64,000 nucleotides of DNA. It comes from an uncultured Rhodospirillales bacterium. Its GTDB lineage: Bacteria > Pseudomonadota > Alphaproteobacteria > JAWKYA01. Location: the NCBI GenBank assembly GCA_964397465.1, contig CAYNIC010000011.1, positions 3,503-67,502 on the forward strand. The letters are read 5' to 3'. Positions 54,182 through 64,000 of this stretch are shown here, piece after piece. The notes below the pieces were generated by a model. That model did not search any database, had not been told where the DNA came from, and worked only from the letters and a program-made list of their open reading frames with translations. Within the stretch, counting starts at the first letter, position 1. The number at the start of each line of letters is the position of its first letter. Both the position numbers and the translations under genes were made by a program.

Positions 54182-57009
54182 GTCTTGTCCTCGATCGATG
54201 ATGTCTCATGTGGCGCTCGCTCGTGCACAAAAAATTCCCGCACGGCGGTGACCGCCTCGGCCAACCCAAGCCGCGAGATCGCAACGCCTTCGGGAAAGGC
54301 GGTGGTAAGGCGGCTGGGCAGCCGTGAATCAAGCAACACAAACACACCGCGATCGGTGGTGCGGCGGATCAACCGCCCGAAGGCTTGGCGCAGTCGCAGC
54401 CGGGTCAGCATATCGGCATAGGCCGCCTTGCCGCCGGGAAAAACCTCGGCCCGCGCCTTGTACAAAATATCCGGCCGCGGCCACGGCACCCGGTCGAACA
54501 CCACCAGACGCAAGGAACGCCCCGGTACATCGACGCCGTCGCGCACCGCATCGGTCCCGAGTAGACAGGCGTCTTCCTCGGCACGGAAAATATCGATCAA
54601 GGTGGCGGTGTCGACGCCGTCGACGTGTTGCGCGTAGAGGGGAATATTTGCTGCCTCCAACGGCGCTGCGATCCGCGCTTGTACCTCGCGCAGTCGGCTG
54701 ATGGCGGTGAACAGGCCAAGCCCGCCGCCGTGGGAGGCTTCGAACAGGGCGCGATAGGCCGCCGCCATCTGTCCCGGATCCTTGCCATCGATGTTTTTCA
54801 CGATCAGCACCCGGGTTTGACGGGGATAATCAAAGGGTGAGGGCACGCGAACCAGCAAGGCCGGCCTGGCGAGATGCCGCGTGCCGGTACGCGCCTCGGC
54901 GGCGATCCAATCTTCATCAACGCGGCCGGTGCGATCGGCCAAGGTCGCCGAGGTAATCACCCCGCCATGGACGCCGGCTTCGATCGCCTGGGCGAAGGGC
55001 TGCATCGGATCGCGCCAATGACGGTAAAGACCGATGTCGATGTCGCGGCCCTCGATCCGGTCGACCGCGCACCAATCGACGAACTCGGGCGGCGTTTCGC
55101 TGCGCAGACTTTTGAGCATCGATCGCCAGGCGGCGATGGGGGCAAGGGCTCGGTGGCTAAGCCCGCGCACCACCGCTTCGATGCGGATGCGGGTCGCGAC
55201 GTCGATCTCGCCGGCCTCGCTGCCGGTCAGCCGCGCGGCGATGGCGGTGCGAAGCTGGGTCAAAGGTTCCTCCAACCGCGCCAAGGCAAGATCAAGCGCC
55301 GTCGCCGCCTCCAGCAGGCCGTCAACCGGATCGGTGGTGGGCGCTTCGAGGCCATAAGGACCATCCCGATCGGCGACCCGGGCGTAAACCTGGGTGCGAA
55401 TATGCGCCAGGAATACTTCGGTCGGTCCGCGCGGTGCATCGTCGGCCAGGCGTTTGATCCACCCGTCACCGGGAAGCGCGCGGGCGGAGTCCAGCGCATT
55501 GCTCAACGCCACCTCCGCCGCGGTATTGCCGGCGGCAAGATCTTCGGCGCGGCGCTTCAAGCCGCGGGCACGGCCCCGTCCACCCTCGGCACCCAACAAC
55601 CAGCGGCGAAGTTCGGCGGCTTCGATTCCGGAGAGCGCGGCCGAGAAGGCGCTATCGGCGGCATCAAACAAATGATGACCTTCATCGAACACGATCCGTG
55701 TCGGCAATTGACCGTCTTCGCCGCGCGTCGCACTGATCAAGGTGAGGGCATGGTTCGCCACCACCAGTTTCGCCCGGGCGGCCCTGCGGATGGTGCGCTC
55801 GATGAAACACTTATTATAGTGCGGGCAGGCGGCGTGGATGCATTCGCCGCGTCGATCGGCCAGGCTAAGGCTGCGCCGTGTTCCCAAGAGATGCACCAAC
55901 CATCCGGGAAAATCACCGCCGATCAAATCACCGTTGCGCGTCGCGCCGGCCCAGCGGGTGATAAGACCCAAAGCCACCGCATCGGAGACGCGGCCGCCGG
56001 GTCCAAGCGAGATCAATCCGCGCACCGCCTCTTCCAAATTCAGCAGGCACAGATAATTCTCTCGGCCCTTGCGCACCACGGCGCGCAAGGATTTTTCCAC
56101 CGGATCGGGGTAAAGCCGATCAAGCTCGCTATCCAATTGGTGTTGCAGGTTGCGGGTAAAGGTCGACAGCCACACTGTGCCGTCGTTCTTCTCCGCCCAC
56201 AGACTGGCGGGGGCGATATAGCCCAAGGTCTTGCCGACACCGGTGCCGGCTTCGGCCAGGATCACCGTCGGTGCCGCCAGGGCCGGCGGCGGTTGAAACG
56301 CGGCGCTTAACGCTGCGGCGTAGTCGGCTTGCGGCGCACGCACCTCCGCATCCTTGCCCAGCAGCTCGGCCAGGCGCCGCGTGGCCTCGATCGGGGAAAC
56401 ACCGATCTGTCCGGGCGGCGGGGGCGGTTCGTGCTCGGCGATCTCGGGCAGACGGCGCCATACTTCAAATCCGGAGACATGTCCCGACGGTGCTGCATCG
56501 GCGGGTGAAGATTTCACCCGGCCGTGATCCAGCGCTTGAAGGACCCAGGGTCCCCAACTCCACCCGCCGCGCTCCATGGCGGCGGCAAGATCGATCATGT
56601 CGCGCCGCTCGGCAAAGGAGTGAGTTTGCGCCAATTCGGTTAAGAGCAGGCGCGTAATCTCGATCAAGCTTAAGGCTTCGCGTGCAGGCGTCGACGGCGG
56701 CGGCTGCTTCATCGCCATGGCCAATCCCCGCGGTGTCGACAAGGCGAAGTTGGCGGGACGCACGAAGGCGAAGAGTTCCAAAACATCAAGCGCGGGAAAA
56801 CTGTCGATCCCCAACCGCCGGGCTGTCGCCAGGCGGTGGCATAGAATGGGGACGAGGCCGGCATCAACTCTTAATGCGGCGTCGCCATGGCTGAGGGCTT
56901 CGATCGTTCCGTCGGAAGATAACAGCACGGCATCCCGCGCCGAGGCCACCAAGACAGGTGCATCGGGCAAAGATATATCAGGGGAAGGGACGTGGTCTGG
57001 CGCGCGCAT
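54178..57009 (-). CDS. DinG/XPD-family ATP-dependent DNA helicase with N-terminal extension
   Basis: AEAGTGVGKTLGY Walker A, Fe-S Cys cluster (C..HAACPHYNKC), FDEGHHL DEAH-type box, and C-terminal helicase motifs; 943 aa. Confidence 0.85.
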   Translation of the reverse strand: MRAPDHVPSPDISLPDAPVLVASARDAVLLSSDGTIEALSHGDAALRVDAGLVPILCHRLATARRLGIDSFPALDVLELFAFVRPANFALSTPRGLAMAMKQPPPSTPAREALSLIEITRLLLTELAQTHSFAERRDMIDLAAAMERGGWSWGPWVLQALDHGRVKSSPADAAPSGHVSGFEVWRRLPEIAEHEPPPPPGQIGVSPIEATRRLAELLGKDAEVRAPQADYAAALSAAFQPPPALAAPTVILAEAGTGVGKTLGYIAPASLWAEKNDGTVWLSTFTRNLQHQLDSELDRLYPDPVEKSLRAVVRKGRENYLCLLNLEEAVRGLISLGPGGRVSDAVALGLITRWAGATRNGDLIGGDFPGWLVHLLGTRRSLSLADRRGECIHAACPHYNKCFIERTIRRAARAKLVVANHALTLISATRGEDGQLPTRIVFDEGHHLFDAADSAFSAALSGIEAAELRRWLLGAEGGRGRARGLKRRAEDLAAGNTAAEVALSNALDSARALPGDGWIKRLADDAPRGPTEVFLAHIRTQVYARVADRDGPYGLEAPTTDPVDGLLEAATALDLALARLEEPLTQLRTAIAARLTGSEAGEIDVATRIRIEAVVRGLSHRALAPIAAWRSMLKSLRSETPPEFVDWCAVDRIEGRDIDIGLYRHWRDPMQPFAQAIEAGVHGGVITSATLADRTGRVDEDWIAAEARTGTRHLARPALLVRVPSPFDYPRQTRVLIVKNIDGKDPGQMAAAYRALFEASHGGGLGLFTAISRLREVQARIAAPLEAANIPLYAQHVDGVDTATLIDIFRAEEDACLLGTDAVRDGVDVPGRSLRLVVFDRVPWPRPDILYKARAEVFPGGKAAYADMLTRLRLRQAFGRLIRRTTDRGVFVLLDSRLPSRLTTAFPEGVAISRLGLAEAVTAVREFFVHERAPHETSSIEDKT

Positions 57010-57116
57010 GGCGGCGGAGTATAGGCGAGATTCATCCGTCTTGGACGGTTAATCTCATGGCGCAGGGAGGGGTAGTGTTGAGGTGAGGTTGCCGAGATAT
57101 CGGCGCCGCCGATAGG

Positions 57117-57386
57117 TTAAGGCGGCTTGTTAAAATCCATCTGATTGTTGTTGGACGACTGATTGGTCTTCAAATCGCCGCGTGCCGGACGGACGGTTTC
57201 ATCCTGGGTCGGGGTCGGCGCGGGCCGTAGAGACGGCGGCTTGTGATCCCGGGGCGTCGGCTGAGTGAGGCCCAAAAGCTGATCCAAATTGTCCGCAGCT
57301 CTACCGGCGGACGCAAGGCTGATCATCAACGCAAAAGCGCCGATGCCGCACAGGACCAGTCCACGGATAGAGAGCCTCAGGAGCAT
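57117..57386 (-). CDS. Small membrane/secreted hypothetical protein
   Basis: ATG at 57386 gives an N-terminal hydrophobic helix. The remainder is low complexity. Confidence 0.35.
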   Translation of the reverse strand: MLLRLSIRGLVLCGIGAFALMISLASAGRAADNLDQLLGLTQPTPRDHKPPSLRPAPTPTQDETVRPARGDLKTNQSSNNNQMDFNKPP

Positions 57387-57642
57387 GCCCACCTCGTCAG
57401 GGCACCGGCTTAATTCAATAAAACCAGCACCCAAAGTTCATTCATATCTCTTAAAACATGCGCTTTGTAAGGGAAAAAAGCAAACTAACAGTATTAGATA
57501 AAATTAGAGTAAATAAAACGGTTCAGCAAGGGTGATCTATTTGAATAATCAGGAAATTCTTGTCTAACGGACGTTTAAAGGCGAAGCGGCTTTGTTGTGG
57601 AAACGAAACATTGTTGCGCGCTAAATTTTTCACGATGAGGGG

Positions 57643-57688
57643 AATAAACAAACGGGCACCCTTAAAGGATGCCCGTTTGTTGTTTAGC
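57643..57688. terminator. Bidirectional Rho-independent terminator
   Basis: 12-bp perfect stem AACAAACGGGCA / TGCCCGTTTGTT with U-rich tracts on both strands. Lies just below the orphan copy of the nucleotidase 3' end. Confidence 0.65.
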
Positions 57689-57702
57689 CGATCATCGAAG
57701 GT

Positions 57703-57737
57703 CTAGTCGGCTCTTGTGATCCGCCCTTCGACCTTGG
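57703..57737. repeat. Perfect 35-bp direct repeat, orphan copy
   Basis: CTAGTCGGCTCTTGTGATCCGCCCTTCGACCTTGG is identical to 59308-59342. Confidence 0.9.
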
Positions 57738-57739
57738 TC

Positions 57740-58366
57740 TTACTCTCCGCAGTCACGATAGGTGGATTCGCGGCACTTTTCGGCCATGGCCTTGGCTTCA
57801 CTGACTTGCTGAGGCGTTAAGTCTGACTCCGTAGCGGTGAGAATTTTCTGTGCCAGATTGGCAATATCAGAATTGGTTGCCGTTTCGCTGGCTATCGAGG
57901 TCCACATATAGGTGCGAACATCATCGCGAGGAACGCCCTTTGCGGCAGAATACAACAAGCCAAGTTGTATTTGTCCCAAGGCATATCCTTGCACCGCCGC
58001 CAGCTTAAACCATTTTCGTGCTTCTTGATAATTCGGCACGACGCCGTCACCTTGGCGATAAATAACGCCGATCGTAACCTGCACGGTAGGATGATGGGCT
58101 TGTTTGTTGGCGAGACTGAACCACTTGGCGGCTGCAGCATGATCCCGCGTCACACCTTCGCCTCGATAATACATCGTGCCCAAGGTAATTGAAGCTTGAT
58201 CCATGCCACCTTCAGCCAAGGGCTTGAGAATGGAAAGTGCCGTGGCATAATCTTTGCGGTCGTAAGCGGCTTTGCCGTCTTGCAAAGGGCCAGTCGCTGC
58301 AGGGGCGGCAAAAATGAATCCCCCCAGAATTATCACGGTCAACCGATAGGCCATTCTCCTTTTCAT
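57740..58366 (-). CDS. Secreted Sel1-repeat protein
   Basis: Signal peptide, 5 Sel1-type repeats, and a C-terminal KCRESTYRDCGE. Confidence 0.75.
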   Translation of the reverse strand: MKRRMAYRLTVIILGGFIFAAPAATGPLQDGKAAYDRKDYATALSILKPLAEGGMDQASITLGTMYYRGEGVTRDHAAAAKWFSLANKQAHHPTVQVTIGVIYRQGDGVVPNYQEARKWFKLAAVQGYALGQIQLGLLYSAAKGVPRDDVRTYMWTSIASETATNSDIANLAQKILTATESDLTPQQVSEAKAMAEKCRESTYRDCGE

Positions 58367-58370
58367 GAGC

Positions 58371-59096
58371 TCATTCCCCGCAGTCTTGATAGTCGGGATG
58401 GCGGCACTTCAGCAGCATGATGTTAGCTTCAGCAAGTTGCGACGGCGAAAGCCGCTGCTTTAAAGCTGGGTAATTTTTCGCTGCATTAGAATCTTTATCG
58501 GCGCTAAGACTGAACCACATATAGGCACGGGCGAGATTGGATTTAACACCATAGCCATCACGATAGATCACGCCGAGATTATTTTGTGCCTGGGCGTCGC
58601 TCTGCTTTGCGGACAACAAAAACCATTTCCGCGCCTCTACATAGTTTTTGGGCGTGCCTTGGCCCAGCCAATGCATCTGGGCGACCTGGAATTGAGCGTC
58701 GGGATTACCCCATAAGGCGGCCAGGCGAAACCACTTCAAAGCTTCCCGATAATCTTGGGGAACACCGGTCCCGTTTTTGTATAGCACCCCCAGATTGCTC
58801 TGCGCCATTACGTTTCCTGTTTCGGCGGCCAGGGTGTACCATCGGATGGCTTCGTTATAATCTTGTGGCACACCTTCGCCATTGCTGTAGGCACGGCCAA
58901 GATTATACTGCGCCATGGCATCACTTGTTTGCGCCAAGGTTCGCCAAATGGAGACAGCGGTTTGGAAATCACCCCGTTGAGAAGCAGCATAGGCCTCTTC
59001 CATCGGTGTCGCTGCTAAGCCGGGACGTGCGAGAAAAACAAGCGCGATTAAATATACAAAAGTAATCAACATCCGCCGCTGAAGACGTTTTGTCAT
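58371..59096 (-). CDS. Secreted Sel1-repeat protein (paralogue of the downstream gene)
   Basis: ORF trimmed to the ATG at 59096 (MTKRLQRRMLITFVYLIALVFLARPGLA). Sel1 repeats and a C-terminal KCRHPDYQDCGE. Confidence 0.75.
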   Translation of the reverse strand: MTKRLQRRMLITFVYLIALVFLARPGLAATPMEEAYAASQRGDFQTAVSIWRTLAQTSDAMAQYNLGRAYSNGEGVPQDYNEAIRWYTLAAETGNVMAQSNLGVLYKNGTGVPQDYREALKWFRLAALWGNPDAQFQVAQMHWLGQGTPKNYVEARKWFLLSAKQSDAQAQNNLGVIYRDGYGVKSNLARAYMWFSLSADKDSNAAKNYPALKQRLSPSQLAEANIMLLKCRHPDYQDCGE

Positions 59097-59254
59097 GTCG
59101 ATGTCGGGTGTAGCGGAGCGAAAAGCTGTTCTCATCCTGACCCCTTGACAATGCACTTGCCATTAACAAACGTATATCGAGTAAAATATTATAGTATGCT
59201 ACTATAAATTATAAGATCAAGAAAAGCGTTTTTAAGAGGTGATAACTTCGCAGT

Positions 59255-59285
59255 AACAAAAAGGCACCGTGGTTGCGGTGCCCTT
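59255..59285 (-). terminator. Rho-independent terminator just below the nucleotidase stop codon
   Basis: The minus strand reads GGCACCG-caacca-CGGTGCC followed by TTTTTGTT. Confidence 0.55.
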
Positions 59286-59307
59286 TAGTCATGCCATCAG
59301 TATAAGC

Positions 59308-59342
59308 CTAGTCGGCTCTTGTGATCCGCCCTTCGACCTTGG
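59308..59342. repeat. Perfect 35-bp direct repeat, functional copy (last 10 codons plus stop of the nucleotidase gene)
   Basis: Encodes ...KVEGRITRAD*. Confidence 0.9.
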
Positions 59343-60945
59343 GCTCGACCGCGCCGCCTTGCTGCGATTTGATGTAATCGCGCAGCACGTCTTCAAGATT
59401 GGCGCCGCCGTCGCGAACGTCGGTCGCCTTGGTCTTGAACATGGCGTAACCGTCACCACCAGTGCGAACGAAATCATTGGTGACAATGCGATAGCTGGCT
59501 TTGGTGTCGAGCGGTTTGTAGCTGCCGTCGGCTTGGCGGATCTCCACCTTGGTGATGCGCTTGCCGGCGGGCTGTTTGGCCGACCAGGTATAGCGGGCGC
59601 CGGCAACCTGGGCGAAACGTCCGGTGCCTTCGTTCTTGGCATCCTCAGCCTTGCTGACGCCGTTTTCCAACGCGGCCCACAACTCGGCACCCGTTAGTTT
59701 GAAAGTCGAGACAGTATTGGAGAACGGAAGAACCTCCAGCACGTTGCCAAAAGTAATCTGACCTTTGGGAATGCTGGTGCGGATGCCGCCGCCGTTTTGG
59801 ATGGCGACTTGCGTGCCTTCGTTCTTGGTCTTCCACAGCAAACTGTCGGCGATCAAATTGCCGAGATTGCATTCGACGTGACGGCAAACGGCGCGATCAC
59901 CGTTCAGCTCGACCTTGGCTTCGCCGACGGCCTGGGTGCGCAGCTCGGCCAAGGGCTTCGCCATCTCGTTGACCATGGCCTGGACGGCGGCATCTTGAGG
60001 AACGGATGAATCCAGCAAGATCGGGTTGCCTTCCCATTTCGTCAGCACGCCGTTGTTGTCGAAGGTCGCATCCAAGTGACCCAGGAAGATGCTGGCGTAA
60101 TAAGCCTGCACGATCAGCGATGGGGCGCCCGATGGTTGCTTGACCACGATCGGATATTTGCCTTCCGCCGCCGCATCGGTATTCGACAATAGCGTGTGGC
60201 TGTGGCCGCCGACGAAAATGTCGACGCCGTCGACCGTCTTCGCCAATTTTTCGTCCTCGGCTTCGCCGATATGGGACAGCACGATGATCTTGTTGATCTT
60301 GGCCGCCTTCATTTTATTGACCTCGGCTTGCAAGGTCTGCTTCAGCGGCAAGAACTTCACCTTACCCGGGCTGGCCAGGGTTGGCGTATCGGGCGTGACC
60401 AAGCCGATGACACCAATGGATTGGCCGCCGACCTCGATCACCATGCTGGGCGCAAACCGCCGTTGCAGGGAGGGTTCTTGATCGACATTGACGTTGGCGG
60501 TCAGGAGCGGCGGCTGCAACCCGTCAAAAAACTTGGCAATTTCAGGCACACCGTCGTCAAACTCGTGGTTGCCGAAGATGATGGCGTCATAGCCCATACG
60601 ATTGACGAACGGCTTGAGGGCGTCGCCTTTGGCCTTGGTATAGAAGAGCGATCCTTGGAAGCGATCGCCGGCATCCAGCACCAAGACGTTGGGGGCGCTG
60701 GCGCGAAGTTCCTGAATCTTGGAATAGATCCGCGCATAACCGCCAAAGCATTTTTTGTCGGTCGCGTCCTTCGGTGTGCAGTAGCTGCCCGAGCGCGTGA
60801 CTTGGTCCACCCGCGCGTGAACGTCATTGGTGTGCAGAATACGAAGTGTATAGTCCTGGGCGCCGGCACTCATAGAGATGCTGAAGGCGCCGATAGATAA
60901 AGCCAAAGTCGCCGGTGCGACCGCAGCGCGTAATAAAGTAAACAT
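59308..60945 (-). CDS. Periplasmic 5'-nucleotidase / UDP-sugar hydrolase-like metallophosphoesterase
   Basis: Signal peptide. NDVHAR, DAGDRFQGS, GNHEFD and VGGHSH motifs, plus a C-terminal 5'-nucleotidase domain. Confidence 0.85.
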   Translation of the reverse strand: MFTLLRAAVAPATLALSIGAFSISMSAGAQDYTLRILHTNDVHARVDQVTRSGSYCTPKDATDKKCFGGYARIYSKIQELRASAPNVLVLDAGDRFQGSLFYTKAKGDALKPFVNRMGYDAIIFGNHEFDDGVPEIAKFFDGLQPPLLTANVNVDQEPSLQRRFAPSMVIEVGGQSIGVIGLVTPDTPTLASPGKVKFLPLKQTLQAEVNKMKAAKINKIIVLSHIGEAEDEKLAKTVDGVDIFVGGHSHTLLSNTDAAAEGKYPIVVKQPSGAPSLIVQAYYASIFLGHLDATFDNNGVLTKWEGNPILLDSSVPQDAAVQAMVNEMAKPLAELRTQAVGEAKVELNGDRAVCRHVECNLGNLIADSLLWKTKNEGTQVAIQNGGGIRTSIPKGQITFGNVLEVLPFSNTVSTFKLTGAELWAALENGVSKAEDAKNEGTGRFAQVAGARYTWSAKQPAGKRITKVEIRQADGSYKPLDTKASYRIVTNDFVRTGGDGYAMFKTKATDVRDGGANLEDVLRDYIKSQQGGAVEPKVEGRITRAD

Positions 60946-61250
60946 GATTTTTTCCCCTCATCTTAAGGCCGCATCCCCTCTCGGTCGGCCTCGCGTGTGC
61001 CGACCCTAGCAGCCTTTAAAGAGGTCGTCACCCCAACTCCAATCTCGGCTTTGATCTGGGCTCTGATCTGGGTCGTGATCACGGAACTTCATTTTGCCGC
61101 GTTAAGGCGGGTTGCGAGGTTGCGCCGACCGTGTTAGACACCGCCCAACTGGGTCGATTGCAGGCGCTTTGCCTTGGCGTCTCGCCGTTTTTTTTGGGGC
61201 GTTGTGCCGCTTTCAGGCCCAAAGACACCAAATGTGGGGATAAGTCGGAC

Positions 61251-61810
61251 GTGGCTGCCGAAGGCTCGGGTTCAAACGCTATAGCGCGCCGATATGCGGC
61301 GGCATTATTCGATCTTGCGGGTGACCGTAAGGTCCTGGACGCTGTGGCTGCGGATCTTAAGGCCTTAAAGGCAGCTTTGGGGACAAGCGAGGATCTGCGA
61401 CGCCTGGTCGCAAGCCCGATGATTTCCCGGGCCGACCAAGCCAAGGCGGTGGATGCCTTGGCGGTACGGGCCAAGGCCCACGACCTGACCCGGAATTTTT
61501 TGGGCCTTCTGGCCCGGAACCGTCGCTTGGGTACCCTGAATGCGACGATCAACGGATTTCTGGCCAAATTGGCCGAGGCTCGCGGTGAAGAAACCGCTGA
61601 AGTAACAACAGCAAAGCCGCTCTCCGACGCGCAACGCGCTATGGTAACGGCCAGCTTGAAACAGGCAGTCGGCCGCGCCGTAACGGTGACGGAAACTGTC
61701 GACCCCGCCATTCTTGGCGGGCTGATCGTTAAGGTGGGCAGTCGAATGGTCGACGGTTCGCTGAAGTCGAAACTGCAAAGACTCGAACGCGCGATGAAAG
61801 GGAACGGCTG

Positions 61811-61811
<1 letters not shown>
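61251..61811 (+). CDS. atpH: F1Fo ATP synthase delta (OSCP) subunit
   Basis: The track ORF from 61131 is trimmed to the GTG at 61251 after GGGGA, giving a 186-aa protein that starts ...[13 protein letters not shown], typical of AtpH. Stop overlaps the atpA start. Confidence 0.8.
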
Positions 61812-63340
<1,529 letters not shown>

Positions 63341-63363
63341 CCGGTAGAGGAAGAGATCAGCCG

Positions 63364-64000
63364 ATGAGTCTGAAGGACCTGCGCAACCGGATCAAAACCA
63401 CCAAGTCGACGCGGCGGATCACCTCGGCGATGAAGATGGTGTCGGCGGCCAAGCTGCGCCGGGCGCAGGACTTGGCCGAGGCGGCGCGTCCTTATGCAAC
63501 CCGGATGGAGCGGATGCTGGGCTCGCTGGCTGGTGGATTGAAAGGTGCGGCGGGTGCGCCGAAGCTTTTGGCCGGCACCGGTAAAAGCGATACGCATCTT
63601 TTGGTTCTCATCACCTCTGATCGCGGTTTGTGCGGCGGCTTCAACAGCACCATCGTGCGGTGGACGCGGCGCCGGGTGCGCGAATTGGAAGGCGCCGGGC
63701 AGAAAGTTCAGATCTATGGCATCGGCCGCAAGGCGGGTCAGATTCTGCGCCGCGATTTAGGCCGGCTGTTTGTGGCCTCCAAGGAAGAAGTCTCGAAGCC
63801 AGCACCCAGCTTTGCCGCAGCATCGGCGATCGCCGAAGAAATTCGCGCCATGTTCGACGCCGGGCAGTTCGATACTTGCACGGTCGTCTACAACAAATTC
63901 GTCTCGGCGTTGACGCAGGTCACCACGCCGCAGCAGCTGATCCCGTTTGCACCGCCTGCCGAAGAGACGGGCAAAAAAGGCGGCGCGGTTGCAGCTGTCG
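63364..64000 (+). CDS. atpG: F1 ATP synthase gamma subunit, 5' part (runs off the window)
   Basis: Absent from the ORF track. Hand translation from the ATG at 63364 gives MSLKDLRNRIKTTKSTRRITSAMKMVSAAKLRRAQ. Confidence 0.9.
   Translation, partial: MSLKDLRNRIKTTKSTRRITSAMKMVSAAKLRRAQDLAEAARPYATRMERMLGSLAGGLKGAAGAPKLLAGTGKSDTHLLVLITSDRGLCGGFNSTIVRWTRRRVRELEGAGQKVQIYGIGRKAGQILRRDLGRLFVASKEEVSKPAPSFAAASAIAEEIRAMFDAGQFDTCTVVYNKFVSALTQVTTPQQLIPFAPPAEETGKKGGAVAAV

Overview
GC-rich alphaproteobacterial chromosome segment. The lineage markers are a chvI-chvG-hprK-rapZ-EIIA-HPr cluster, CIRCE-controlled groESL, GTTC-N7-GTTC SOS boxes, korAB, ctaA and atpHAG. Everything below comes from reading the sequence and ORF track by eye. 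No database search was run, and hand-counted coordinates may be off by 1-2 nt. Core blocks are: waaA/DUF374; a Liv-type ABC transporter plus hydrolase; ChvGI plus a regulatory PTS that includes Enzyme I; pncA/pirin; a Sel1 protein; ctaA; korAB; an fprA-like reductase; ynfA/usg; groESL; HAD/EAL-like/DUF952-pyrD; a class IV aminotransferase; VOC plus a DinG-like helicase; a 5'-nucleotidase; and the start of the atp operon. There are five accessory parts. (1) 31.3-33.7 kb holds layered insertions upstream of pyrD: a 1-kb insert bracketed by a duplicated gene 5' end, and a strongly AT-rich RelA/SpoT (toxSAS-like) gene. (2) 33.7-48.7 kb is a compact, host-GC-like, podovirus-type head/tail/lysis gene train with an S24 repressor and two SOS boxes, but no integrase, replication or early genes. 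It is a candidate domesticated particle locus. (3) 48.73-48.87 kb is a dense dyad-organised GAATC/GANTC array. (4) 49.8-53.8 kb is a low-GC island holding an Rx4H (HEPN-like) protein, a 2TM-WYL protein, a 3-gene cassette bracketed by ~72-bp direct repeats, and a small ORF. (5) 57.7-59.3 kb is a two-gene Sel1 cassette flanked by a perfect 35-bp duplication of the 3' end of the nucleotidase gene. I recognised no rRNA, tRNA, CRISPR array, transposase or integrase.
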